A program made the position numbers and the translations under genes. A DNA stretch of 64,000 bases from Eledone cirrhosa (taxonomy: Eukaryota): NCBI GenBank assembly GCA_964016885.1, contig OZ024743.1:94302001-94366000 (forward strand), in the 5' to 3' direction. Under the pieces are notes generated by a model. It was not told where the DNA came from. It saw nothing but the letters and a program-made list of their open reading frames with translations, and did no database searches. Below are positions 36,507-51,200 of this stretch, in pieces (position 1 is the first letter of the stretch; each line of letters begins with the position of its first letter).

Positions 36507-39500
36507 TTATAACCTTGAGAAGTAACTGTATGTACAGTATCCGCGAACACATCGTTTTAGTTGAGGGCTGTATCTATAACCATGACCACAACGGAAAACG
36601 AAATATTTGCCGTAAATACATATGGCATATCGAGAGCACGACTGCAAACAAGGTTGATGTTCCAGGGATGAACAGCTACATCTAGATGGGATTATACATG
36701 TGTTGTCGACTTTACAGACTGAAAAGACAGAGAAAAAAAGATGTACACAAATTAGTTTTATTATAATCCATTAAGTTTACGAATAAACTGGGTAAATTTA
36801 AAGATTTGTTATTTATTCGATTTTATTATGAAAAACTGCCAGATACACTCATAATAGTCCTTGCTCTTTCCCTCACTTTCCACTCATTTATGGCATTTAT
36901 AGTCCTTTACTCTACTTTCCTTTACAGCCAGATCTACCTTTCTTTACCCCTTCCCCCTTTTTCATTACTTAATTTTGCTTTTATCTATTTTTTAAAAAAT
37001 ATTTCTATCATTGTATTCATATACAATGACTATAAAATAGTCGAATAAGTCGAGGAAATGTATGCAAATTAGTTATATTATAATCCATTAAGTTTAATAT
37101 GAAACTGGGCAAATTTAAAGATTTGAAATTTATTTGTTTTTAGTCAAATAAGTTAAGTAAAACATATAAGGCCTTTAACGTCTTTGCTACTTATATATGC
37201 AGTATATATGTACTATTATACGTTGGGAGGCTCATACTGCCAATTAAAACCTTTCGCCACACTTTGCGACGTTATCAATGGTGTTTCTTCTTATTTTTCC
37301 ATCCTCTGTGTTTCTTCTTATTTTTCCATTACTTCAACTTTATTTCACCATTTTCATACTTAAGTAAAATATTGGGAAACAAAACGAGAACAATCTTGGC
37401 CTATAGTTGAACAGAATAGCTTAGTAACTGTATAGGTCTACTAATAAATCATGTACACTTATATATATATAAAATAACACCGTATTTTCTTAACAAATCA
37501 CGAACTAAGTTTAGGGCAAAACAGGGCGATCGTCTTATATACAGGCACACGAGTTTAAAAATACTCATTGCAAAAGGCAAAATTGGAAAAACGTGTCGAT
37601 AACAATTGTTTACAAATGGTATTTGACATATCGGCAATATACAATTTTAGGGAATCAGTATGATTTGCCTCAAAGAGAGAAAATTGATAAAACCAACAAA
37701 TAAATTGTATAACGGTCCTAGGATTGGCAGTATCGGTAGAGTTGGCAGTATCAGTAGAGGGTTGGACGCCATGCTATGCAGCATAGAGTTACGGCTCTTT
37801 ACGGTTTAAATTCAAATCCCACCGAGGTTAACTTTGCCTTTCATCCTTACGGGATCGATAAAATAAAGTACCAGTAATGCACTGGGTAATTGCTGGCCTT
37901 GTGCCTAAAGTAGAAACAATTATTACAACTGAAGCCTAACTATTGTTAAAATATGAAAGAAATTACATAGTCGTGGCAGTAGTCAGGGGTCGTATAGTAC
38001 GCAAGGGTGTAATATATTCAAGTACCTTTAACTTCAGAAACAAGGGTCGTGCAAGATTCAAGTCGTAATATAATAAAGAAATAAGGTTTATCATACACAC
38101 AGGTTTAAGGAGTAGGTAAATGATATACTTACAAATCTTACTATCACCAGCAGTCGTTGATTTTACTGTCGTTGTTATCCATTTCCATCTTGTTGGTGTT
38201 GTAGGTTGTCTAGTTGTTGTTGTAGGTTGTCTAGTTGTAGTTGTTGTTGTAGGTTGTTTTGTTGTAGTTGTTGTAGGTTGTCTAGTAGTTGTGGTTGTTG
38301 TTCTTGTTGTTGGTGTGTGTGTTGACGTTCCTGTCCAAGCTGTAGGTGTCATTGTTGTGGTAATATTGCTGGTGATAAATGGCCATCGGCTGTCATCACA
38401 GTGGAAAACAATTGGAATATTCTGGTGCTTGACTTTCGGTCTAATCTGATTGTTATAATCCCAGACCTTCATGTAAGTATCTGCGAGGGTTTTACCGTAG
38501 AAGGCAGTGTCGCTACGAGTTAAGTTCATCAGCCCTATACATTCTGTGTATCTCGGTGGGTTGGAACCTGGAACTAAGCAAGATGGCCGGCATATTCTTC
38601 CACATTGTTCCGAAACTGTTAAAAATACCAGACTAAATTCTTTTTCGGGGTTTTTGATACCGATATAAGCTAGATCTGACGATACAGCTAATCTACGGTC
38701 CACTATCACCATTTCTTCATAATTTCCAAAATAATTGAGGCCACTAGCTTGAACATTCACTCTTCCTGCTGGTCCACAACACTTACGCATTCGACAAGTA
38801 GAATTACTAGACGAGGTATTTTGGGGTAGACTGTTGTCGTATATATCATTCAATAAGTTTGGTTGACCATTTACGATTGGAAAATTTCCAAATCTCATCG
38901 TCTCGTAAGGTCGTTCGTAAATGATTTCTATCGGAATATATACCCATTCTTTTAAATCACATTTACGGTTGATACAAAACATATTTTGATAGGGAATGAG
39001 GGCATTACATCCAGTTGAGTTCCTTGTTGTCGTTTGATATCTTCCATTATGGCAGGTTAAATACGGACTAGGATAAAATTTTGAAGGTTCAAAACATGGC
39101 ATTTCCAGTAGAGTATCGTCATATAAAGAAGTATAATCAAAAGTTTGAGTTAGTTTTAGGGCATCAGCAATCGTTATATTCTTCAGGCCAATACTTTGGT
39201 CAGGAGCATAAACTGATAAACCATAATTTAAAGGATAATCTGTCGCTGGATCGATATTGTATTTCTTTTGGTTTTCATTGAAACGTGTCATAATAAGATC
39301 TATATAACTATGGATTAGCCAGAAAACCGGGTCCATTGGAGAAGTTTCTGGTTGACCCAAATGTCCTCCAACAAAATTGTGTATAGAATTATGGTGAAAT
39401 TCCAAATTGTATTTACCAATGGCATTTGGCTCTGTGATGTCTCCAAGTCTATTTCGACTGAGAATATTTTTGATATCAGAAGTGGTTGGTAAGTTATTGA

Positions 39501-40555
39501 TAACACCACCATTCCTTATCAAAGGACCAGCTGGGGTGGTCCAATTAGCAAACGGACCACAATTGACTATACCATTGATATTTCCCAAGAACTTGTCTGT
39601 CCAGATAATGGAATCTCGGGGTTCAGCAAGGCTGCTATCAAGAGTTGGATCCCAATATGGAATTGTCACACCTGGCACCTTTTCATCAAGAGCTTTTTCC
39701 ATCCTGAAGAAATATAAAAAAACATTATAAATCAACACATCAATGATGATGATGATGATGATGATGATGAGGAGGGTGAAGAGAGTGAAGATCTGGATGA
39801 CGATAAGAACAAAGGACTTCTTTCTCAATAAATTAATTCGTTGATTAAGCAACTGATTGATGGATTAAGTACCTGATTAATAATGATTTCTGATTTAGGC
39901 ACAAAGCCAACAATGTTGGGGGAGGGGAAAGTCGATTAAATTGGCCCCCAGTGCGTTACTGGTACTTCATTTTATCGACTCTTTAAGGATGGAAGGTAAA
40001 ACTAACCTCGATGGGATTTGAACACGGAACTTAAAAAGCCGTAAATACAGCAATATAGAAAATAGAAGTGAGAAGTGGAATGTCATATAAAAGATATTTG
40101 AAGGGAAATATAGACCATACTTACATAGTAAGGTAGATTCTGTGCCAAGCTAGAAAAGAGGGGCCAGCGTGTGCGTTTCTAACCATCGGACCAGTGTGGA
40201 GTAAGGCGATCGCATCGTAAACATTTGGAGCCAATCTCTAAATAAACAACGTGGAACAAGGAAGAGTTACTTACTGCAAGTTATAGTTTTGGTGTTCATC
40301 AAATGTATTTATTGAACTAGCATGATGGTGACGATGATGATGATGATCATCATCACCATATCAATTGTGATTTAAGCACAAGGCCAATAAATCGATCACA
40401 GTGCGTTACTGGTAATCTATTTTATCGACCCTGTAAGAATGAAAGGCAAAGATAACTTCGGCGGGATTTGAACTCAGAACGTAAAGGGACATAACTACAT
40501 GCCACAAAGCATGTTGTCCGATGCTCTACCGATACTGCCAATCCACCGTCCTATC

Positions 40556-40596
<41 letters not shown>

Positions 40597-42219
40597 GTAC
40601 ATCACAAGTCTAAACACCTAAAGATACATGTGTATGTATGTTCTTTCTTGAACATGGCGGACCTTGTTGTCTCTTGAGGTCACTGGTTGTGACTTGGTGA
40701 TAACTCGTATGAACATAAAGCAAGATAAATGCAACTATAATAATATTAATAATAATGTAATGGATCTCTATAAAATTATTGCAAATCTCTCATTTTATTT
40801 AAGCTGTCACTGTGATATTGTGACAAAGTATGAACATCACAGACTGTCAGTCATCTAAACTTTTTGTGTATGTAAGAGGAATTATCAAACTGAAGTTTGG
40901 AACATAACAAGTGAAGGTTTTTTTTTTTAAAGGAAAATTTCCAGCAAGGACGCTCCTTCATTTTATATCTACACGCGACTAGAGTATAAAGGTGACGCCC
41001 AAACGAGTATCCTCCACTTATAACTAATTTACTCTCCATCTTTGGGTCCCGGCTGACAAGATGGAGAATACATTTCCCCGGGGGACGGCGAGGGAGACGC
41101 GCTGGAATAGCTACACCACCTCGCAGGGCTTGCACCTGAAAAGTTACTGAGCTATTGCAACAAACTTACTGCAGAACAATTTCGAATATGGTACCTAGAA
41201 TTAAATGGGGACTGACGTAGTAGAAAATGTGTAAAAGAGTGGAGGAAGACTACTAGGTTGATTATAAAATTAATAGTCAAGTAATATGAAGCAAGATAGA
41301 AGACAGTTGTTGATTTTCCTTCACCCTCTCTGACTGGGTGTATGATCTATATTGTTGTTCATGGATGTCTGTCAGTTCCAGGACAAGTATTCCAGTTGTT
41401 CGATCAACGGAACAGCCTGATCTTGAAATGACATTAAAAGTATAACTATAAAATAAAAAAAAAGGATAAAGTATTTCTGAAGCTCGGGGGCTCACCAAGC
41501 CGGAGCTTTTTCCGGTTTCATTGGTGTTAATTCACTGAGAGTACAAGACTTTCTACTAGACACATTTTCAATACTAGATACTCTCCTAGATCGCATTTTC
41601 AGCTGAGTAAACTAGAGCAACGGGAAGTGTTTTGTCGAAGAATACAACGTGCGCCTGGTCAAGGAATCGAATCGGCAACATTACGATCGTAACTCCAACA
41701 GCCTAACCACTCGGCTGCTAGGTAGCATTATATGGGGACTAGCCTCACACTTTACAATTCAATAAAATATATAAAATCTTACTAATCGACTGCCATCAGC
41801 TACCGTACTTTTTGATAGTAACATGTTTTAAAGCAGAATTAATGAACAGAAATGAATTAAGAAAATTTAACAATAAAACTTACCGTATCTTGTTTTAAAA
41901 GATTAATGGCACGATGGAAATCATATCTTTCTTTTTGAGAGAGCATTCTATATTCCTTTCTTACACCCTTTACTTGAATGGCATTTGGGATATTTGTCTT
42001 GTTATTAATAGTATCTAATGTATTTGCTGCGTCTGACAAATACCAGCCACCAAAGCGTTGGTGTCGAGACAAGTAGGTATTAAAACAGTATCTTTGTGTA
42101 TTTGCCTCATTATCCTCATTGATTTTTAAATTAGTGTAGCATTTTTCAAAATTTAGCATTATTTTGGAACAGTTCACACAAACAGAAGACAATATTAATA
42201 TTAACGCCAAGAACTTCAT
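36507..42219 (-). CDS. Secreted tyrosinase-like protein, copy 3 (~743 aa); coding exons 42219-41884, 40237-40125, 39703-38133, 36718-36507
   Basis: Same exons at offset +17,059. The ORF-track translations of the large exon and the first coding exon are identical to copy 2. Confidence 0.88.
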
Positions 42220-42254
42220 TTTGGTTTTCTGCAAAGAAATAAAGAAAAGGTAAG

Positions 42255-42309
<55 letters not shown>

Positions 42310-42491
42310 AAAATTTGTCAGAATATACATAACATCTCAATGAAAAGAGATCGCTAAAATAATCTCTGGATTTTGAAACTGCAGTAAGGATAATTTTTTT
42401 ATCTTTAGGGAAAGATGCTTCTACAGTAATCTACCCCTCAGTGATTTTGTATTAGATGTTCTCCCCCCCTCTCTCTCTCCCTTTTTCTCTA

Positions 42492-42540
<49 letters not shown>

Positions 42541-43016
42541 ATATATTTTAATAAATATATATATATTATATATATATATGTTGATATATATATCTGTATT
42601 ATATACAGAAATGACTTCTACAGGACTAGAGCTGTTTCATTCGTATGAAATCATAAGGAATGTCCAACGTAATGAGTACCTTTTTTAATATAAGAATCTT
42701 ACATTAAGTTACTATCTTACCAATCCGGCCCAAACCAGCTCTGGTTCTATGAAATAAAGTCACCCATTTTAAAGGTTTCCAATTTAAATTGAAATCTTCC
42801 AACATAATTTTATATAAGAACCTTACATTAAGTTACTATCTTAGTCATGAAATAACTAATTTTCGTAAATCCCTTAAAATTCTTCAATAATTAATTGAAA
42901 TAAAGTCTATTTCGCTAGAAATGCAGTCATGAAAGGTAGACAGTGCCTCAGCATGATCGCAGTCAAATTACTGAAACCAGTAACTGTCTGAAAGAATGAA
43001 GTCGTTCTTCACTCAC

Positions 43017-43091
43017 CTTTTGGTTGATTGGTTTCGAATGAAAGCTCGTTTCACGAATGATGTTTCTGTTAAAACACAACTCGTATTTATA
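43017..43091 (-). promoter_or_regulatory. Putative TATA box, Inr and non-coding exon 1 of copy 3
   Basis: TATAAA at 43091-43086, TCATTC at 43060-43055, donor at 43017/43016. Confidence 0.6.
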
Positions 43092-44391
43092 GGGAAGCTG
43101 ACCCTCGCTTTTCTTGACTTGATCTTCTTATTTATTTATTTATTTATTGTTTGATTGATCTGTTATTTCACATTGTCAATCGTGAAACAACGTTGCTTTG
43201 TTATTTGTTTGCAAGTCACGTGAACACGTTTCTGAAGAAGAAGAAGAAATAGGAATAATAATAAAAAATTAAAAATAAAACAAAACCGAATAAATCCCAC
43301 GGAAAAAATAGGAAAAGAAAGCGAACTACAAAGGTTCTATTTTTGAACATAGAATATATTAAACAAAAGGAATGTTAATATTTTATTATCTTTCTCTTGA
43401 TTTACCACTTATATTTACTTCATTCTTACGCTATTTTTGTCTCGTTTGATATTTATAATCTTCAGTTATTTTTCATCATCATCATCATCATCATCATCAT
43501 GATAATCATCATCTTTATCATTTCTATTGTTAGTATTATATATATTAAATATTATATATATTAAAAAAATAATAAAAATAAAGAAATCATTATTATTGTT
43601 ATTATTATTTTATTACAGAATTTTCAAAACAAGACATGCTTTTCTACACGTGTATATGGTGTTGTAAAATTGTAGGATTGGAATTTTATTGTCCTCTCTC
43701 ATGACGAAACACGTGTTATTCTGGAAGCGAAACGCAGTGGACCTTCGTCGGTTTCGATTCGACCATGAATCAATGTTACAATTGTTCGATCGACGGAATA
43801 ACCTGCTCGTGAAATTAACATACAAGTAGGTGTCTGAGCATTCCACAGACACGCGTATCATTAACATATTTATCAGGTGTGTTGAACCACCGTCGTTTCT
43901 GACAATGAATATTACAGTTGTTTAAAGAAAGGGATAGCCTGCTCATGAAATTAATTAACCAGTAAGTGGCCGAGCACTCCACAGACACGTGTACCTTTAA
44001 CATAATTCTTAGATGTGTTGAACCTCCGTCAGTTTCGTTTCGACGACCAGTGTTCCAGTTTTTCAACCAACAGAACAGCCTGCTCGCGAAATTAACGAGC
44101 AAGTGACTGAGCATTCCTCTGACATCTGTATCCTTAACCTAGTTCTCAAGGAGATTCAGCATGACACAATGTGATAATAATGGCCCTTTAGAATTACAGG
44201 TACAGCTTATCCGTTATTATAGTGTAAGTGGCTTGGGCGGTGGATTGGCAGAATCGGTAGAGCGTTGGACAACACACTTTGCAGTATATAGTTACGGCCC
44301 TTTACGTTTTGAGTTCAAATCCCGCCGACCACATCTAACTTCAACAGCCTGTACAGGTAATGAATGTGTGTATACATTCTCTGGGGACACC

Positions 44392-44434
<43 letters not shown>

Positions 44435-44616
44435 GACATCTCAGAAATCATCAGGAGAGACTTTCCTGTTGATTCTTTACGAACGAAACTGTTCCAATCC
44501 CGTAGAAGTCATTGCTATAAAACAATAAAGAGGCCTATATTATACCAACGTTTTCAGCACCGTTTTTTAACTGTGGTCACCTCCTGATATTCATCGGAAA
44601 TCCACTCATATATATA

Positions 44617-44653
<37 letters not shown>

Positions 44654-45324
44654 CCTCCAGCAGGTCCTATCAACGGCTCTATCTGGAGTGACTCCCCGAT
44701 CTCTGTGCTCCACACTCTGTCGAGTAAAGTTACTCCAAAGACCCTTCAGAGGAACCCCGTTTCGGTCGCCTGTATTCACGATCGCATTCTTTCGGTCACT
44801 ATCCAAGATTCCTGACTATAGTTAAGGGTTAGCACGAATACCTAATTGAAGTTAAGGGTTATAGTTAAGGGTTAGCACTATAGTTAAGGGTTAGCACGAA
44901 TACCTGATTACCGAATGCTGAAGCTGGCGCATTACTGCACCAGCTCCTGCAATTATATAAGTAAATTAGAATTATTGGGGCATATAAGCTACTTTTGTCC
45001 ATATGAAAGAAAGAAAAACTCAAACGTTTCCGAAAATTAAAATGGAAATTATTTTAAAAATTTATTCTTTTTAGGTAAATACTGAAGATTTAATTAAAAT
45101 TACACAAATAAGGGATTTTATTCTTTTATTCTTTTAGTTATTAGACTGCGGCGATGCTGGTGCGCCGCCGTCATTTAGTCCACCATATCGACCCAATTAT
45201 TTATTTTCTCAAGTCTGGTACTTATTCATCGATCTCGTTTATTTCGAATCGCTAAGTTACGAAACTTAAACACAGGCACAAACGTAAACATAGACATAAC
45301 CCACGCACACAAACACAAATATAT

Positions 45325-45403
<79 letters not shown>

Positions 45404-45414
45404 TGAGAGAGAGT

Positions 45415-45504
<90 letters not shown>

Positions 45505-45995
45505 CTGAGACCGAGGTGACTAGAAACACTACTTTATACACATGAAGAAGAGAGTTGGTTTGAAAGGAGGTATAAACCCTACCACAACTCTAAACGGTTT
45601 TGATTTAAGTCAGCAACAAGCCTTTTCAAGAACCCTTGAAAATCTCGAACGCAGAAAATAACTGTGAACACAATTTAGAAAATCGAATAAGACGGGAAAA
45701 GAGGACCAAAACCTGCATCTCTAAAATTTCACCTGAACTCCCTGTAGCATTGAGCTAAACGAACCCTGAAGAGAATTCCCGTGTAAATACCAGCTTTTTA
45801 AATGTGACCACATTTGAAAATAAACAATAGAGAGTCGTGTGAGTTGAAATACTTAAAAATGTAGAAAATACCGAACGTGGATAATAACTGTGAACACATC
45901 TTAGAAAATAAGGTAAAATAATCCTATAGATGGAAAAAAAAAGTGGTCAGCTACAGAAAATCAAATTGTGTACCTCTCAAATATATATATGTATG

Positions 45996-46098
<103 letters not shown>

Positions 46099-46297
46099 GC
46101 CATTTCTATATTAAATTTTGTTGTATACACTCTACTAATGTATTGAGGACCTTACTTACTGTGGTTACCCCCGATTGAACCCGTGACATATATATATATG
46201 TTTTTCGTTTTTATATTATATCACAGTCTTCTCTGTAAGAACATAGAGTGCTCAACCGGCATACCGCCTATGGAAGCATCTTAGCTACCATCAGACA

Positions 46298-46342
<45 letters not shown>

Positions 46343-46374
46343 GCACACACACACACACACATACACACACACAT

Positions 46375-46467
<93 letters not shown>

Positions 46468-46652
46468 AATTTATATCTAGTAACATTTATATACATACAG
46501 ATGCATATCAATGCTAGCAAATATATAGGTTTTGTCTTAGTAACGTTGTGGTTCAATGCATGGGGTTGCAGAACAATAATATGAGAGACGTAACATAAGA
46601 AAATTATAAAATTATAAAAAAATTATAAAATTGACTTACTTACTAAAATATC

Positions 46653-46734
46653 ACTTCCAACTAATTAGTTTCTGGAAAGGAGTAAATATATTTTCCGAAG
46701 AACATATAAAAAAGCATTCCGTCGTCAGGAAAGT
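46653..46734 (-). ncRNA. Type I hammerhead with palindromic stem III
   Basis: ACUUUC-CUGACGA-cGGAA..UUCCa-GAAA-CUAAUUAG-UU-GGAAGU. Confidence 0.68.
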
Positions 46735-46888
46735 CTCTTTTCATGTAAGTTTCCAGGCATAGCGAGGACTCTGGAAACTTATTAAAAAAACAATTCAGTG
46801 GAGAGGAAATAGCGAAGCGTGGACTGAAATCCTAGCCATTGAGAAAATCACTGTCTCTACGTCCGTGGCAAATTCAAAAAGAATCAAT

Positions 46889-46964
46889 CTGACGACGGAA
46901 TGCTTTTCTATATGTTCTTCGGAAAATATATTTACTCCATTCCAGAAACTAATTAGTTGGAAGT
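46889..46964 (+). ncRNA. Inverted hammerhead copy lacking the 5' strand of stem I
   Basis: Arm starts exactly at CUGACGA; stem II GGAAUG/CAUUCC; GAAA-CUAAUUAG-UU. Confidence 0.55.
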
Positions 46965-47028
46965 GATATTTTAGTAAGTAAGTCAATTATATAATTTTTT
47001 TATAATTTTATAATTTTCTTATCTTACG

Positions 47029-47141
<113 letters not shown>

Positions 47142-47356
47142 TATATACACTAACAAAGAAATAAGTCACCAAGTTCAAAATTTAATACAATATATATTTG
47201 ATTTACACGTGTTTTTCTGTGATTTAAATCTAATATTATCGGAAGTAAACCAACTGGCTTTACCTCTGAAATATCTCTCGTTATTCTGGATATAAAATAA
47301 ACTACATTTGAGCATTAAATATCTGAATGCCTTACTGTTGTTTTATCAACTTATAG

Positions 47357-47486
<130 letters not shown>

Positions 47487-48004
47487 CGGGTTTATGCAGT
47501 TTCCGTCTTTGGGTCTTAGCGGATGGAATGCACCCTTGTAATTAATAACATAATGGAGCATCCGTACATTTTTAAACCAAACATTTTATGATAAAAATAC
47601 AATAAAAGTAATTGAAACATAATTAAATTCGACAGCATAATCTGTTGTTCTTTCTTTATATTTACTTTCTTTTCGCCCCTTCTCCCTCAAACCTCTAAAT
47701 GCCATTCTGGGTGGCAACACAGACCCCGTTGGGAAACCCTGCTCTAGTTTTATGCTGTGAATGAGATCATTGATAGACGTTAGTCTATTACAGCTAACAC
47801 TCTAATATTCCTTAATATCGTCCCTGACAGCTACATGAATATTACTGTAGTCAGAAGAAAGGGAAATCTTCCAATACATGGATAGATCTTCCCAGACTAA
47901 TGAGATCGATGTCATTGATGCTCAGATAGAATTTATCTAGACTAGTGATTCCAAAACGTTTTTATTTTATTTTATTTTATTTTTACTCACGGCACTCTTT
48001 AGAA

Positions 48005-48150
48005 CAGGCATGGACAATCTTTTTTGAGCAGTAGGCCACATAGGGTGTAGCTCATTATAAGGCGCGCCACATAACTAAAAAATTCAAGACAATTTTGAAA
48101 TTAGGCTAGCCATTCAGAAAGCCAAATGGGCCGCAGTTTGCCCATGACTG
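48005..48150. mobile_element. hAT-type MITE, 146 bp, 8-bp TSD CTTTAGAA
   Basis: TIRs CAGGCATGGACAA / TTGCCCATGACTG; TSD at 47997-48004 and 48151-48158. Confidence 0.85.
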
Positions 48151-48286
48151 CTTTAGAACAAGTGAAACTATTTTAGCGCATCTTGTTCCTAATTTCGAAA
48201 GTTTATTCATGTTACCATAGCATAAATAGAAATAATGTTAATTAAAAATAGAGAAAAAGTATTTGAAATTCTTGCTTTACTCAATA

Positions 48287-51200
48287 CATAGTCAACATCT
48301 CCCTCTATCTCACCGTTTATCCTGTCAACATCTACACTCTATCTATACAGTCAACATCTACACTGTATCTATCTATACAGTCAACATCTACACTGTATCT
48401 ATCTATACAGTCAACATCTACACTGTATCTGTCTATACAGTCAACATCTACACTGTATCTGTCTATACAGTCAACATCTACACTGTATATGACTATACAG
48501 TCAACATCTACACTGTATCTGTCTATACTGTCAACATCTACACTGTATATGTCAATCCTGTCAACATCTACACTGTATATGACTATACAGTCAACATCTA
48601 CACTGTATCTGACTATACTGTCAACATCTACACTGTACCTGTCTATACAGTCAACATCTACAATGTATCTATCTATACAGTCAACATCTACACTGTATCT
48701 GTGTATCCTGTCAACATCTACACTGTATCTGTCTATACTGTCAACATCTACACTGTATCTGACTATACAGTCAACATCTACACTGTATCTGACTATACTG
48801 TCAACATCTACACTGTATCTGTTATACAGTCAACATCTACACTGTATCTGACTATACTGTCAACATCTACACTGTATCTGTTATACAGTCAACATCTACA
48901 CTGTATCTGACTATACAGTCAACATCTACACTGTATCTGTCTATCCTGTCAACATCTACACTGTATCCGACTATACAGTCAACATCTACACTGTATCTAT
49001 CTATACAGTCAACATCTCCACTGTATCTATCTATACAGTCAACATCTACACTGCATCTGACTATACAGTCAACAACATCTACACTGTATCTGTCTATCCT
49101 GTCAACATCTACACTGTATCTGTCTATCCTGTCAACATCTACACTGTATCTGACTATACAGTCAACATCTACACTGTATCTGTCTATACAGTCAACATCT
49201 ACACTGTATCTATCTATACAGTTAACATCTACACTGTATCTATCTATACTGTCAACATCTACACTGTATCTGACTATACAGTCAACATCTACACTGTATC
49301 TATCTATACTGTCAACATCTACACTGTATCTGTGTATACAGTCAACATCTACACTGTATCTGTCTATACAGTCAACATCTACACTGTATCTGACTATACA
49401 GTCAACATCTACACTGTATCTGACTATACAGTCAACATCTACACTGTATATGACTATACAGTCAACATCTACACTGTATCTATCTATACAGTCAACATCT
49501 ACACTGTATCTGTCTATACAGTCAACATCTACACTGTATCTGTCTATACAGTCAACATCTACACTGTATCTGTCTATCCTGTCAACATCTACACTGTATC
49601 TATCTATACAGTTAACATCTACACTGTATCTGACTATACAGTCAACATCTACACTGTATCTGTCTATCCTGTCAACATCTACACTCTATCTATACAGTCA
49701 AGATCTACACTGTATCTATCTATACAGTCAACATCTACACTGTATCTATCTATCCTGTCAACATCTACACTGTATCTATCTATACAGTCAACATCTACAC
49801 TGTATCTGACTATACAGTCAACATCTACACTGTATCTGTCTATCCTGTCAACATCTACACTGTATCTATCTATACAGTCAACGTCTACACTGTATATGAC
49901 TATACAGTCAACATCTACACTGTATCTATCTATACAGTCAACATCTACACTGTATCTGACTATACAGTCAACATCTACACTGTATCTGACTATACAGTCA
50001 ACATCTACACTGTATCTGTCTCTCCTGTCAACATCTACACTGTATCTATCTATCCTGTCAACATCTACACTGTATCTATCTATACAGTTAACATCTACAC
50101 TGTATCTGACTATACAGTCAACATCTACACTGTATCTGACTATACAGTCAACATCTACACTGTATCTGACTATACAGTCAACATCTACACTGTATCTGAC
50201 TATACAGTCAACATCTACGCTGTATCTATCTATACTGTCAACATCTACACTGTATCTGTGTATACAGTCAACATCTACACTGTATCTGACTATACAGTCC
50301 ACATCTACACTGTATCTATCTACACTGTCAACATCTACACTGTATCTGTGTATACAGTCAACATCTACACTGTATCTATCTATACAGTCAACATCTACAC
50401 TGTATCTGACTATACTGTCTACATCTACACTGTATCTGACTATACAGTCAACATCTACACTGTATCTATCTATACTGTCAACATCTACACTGTATCTGTG
50501 TATACAGTCAACATCTACACTGTATCTGTCTATACAGTCAACATCTACACTGTATCTGACTATACAGTCAACATCTACACTGTATATGACTATACAGTCA
50601 ACATCTACACTGTATATGACTATACAGTCAACATCTACACTGTATCTATCTATACAGTCAACATCTACACTGTATCTGTCTATACAGTCAACATCTACAC
50701 TGTATCTATCTATACTGTCAACATCTACATTGTATCTGTCTATACAGTCAACATCTACACTGTATCTATCTATACTGTCAACATCTACACTGTATCTATC
50801 TATACAGTCAACATCTACACTGTATCTGACTATACAGTCAACATCTACACTGTATCTATCTATACACTCAACATCTACACTGTATCTGACTATACAGTCA
50901 ACATCTACACTGTATCTGACTATACAGTCAACATCTACACTGTATCTGACTATACAGTCAACATCTACACTGTATCTGTCTATACAGTCAACATCTACAC
51001 TGTATCTGTCTATCCTGTCAACATCTACACTGTATCTATCTATACAGTTAACATCTACACTGTATCTGACTATACAGTCAACATCTACACTGTATCTATC
51101 TATACAGTCAACATCTACACTGTATCTGCCTATACAGTCAACATCTACACTGTATCTGACTATACAGTCAACATCTACACTGTATCTGACTATACAGTCA

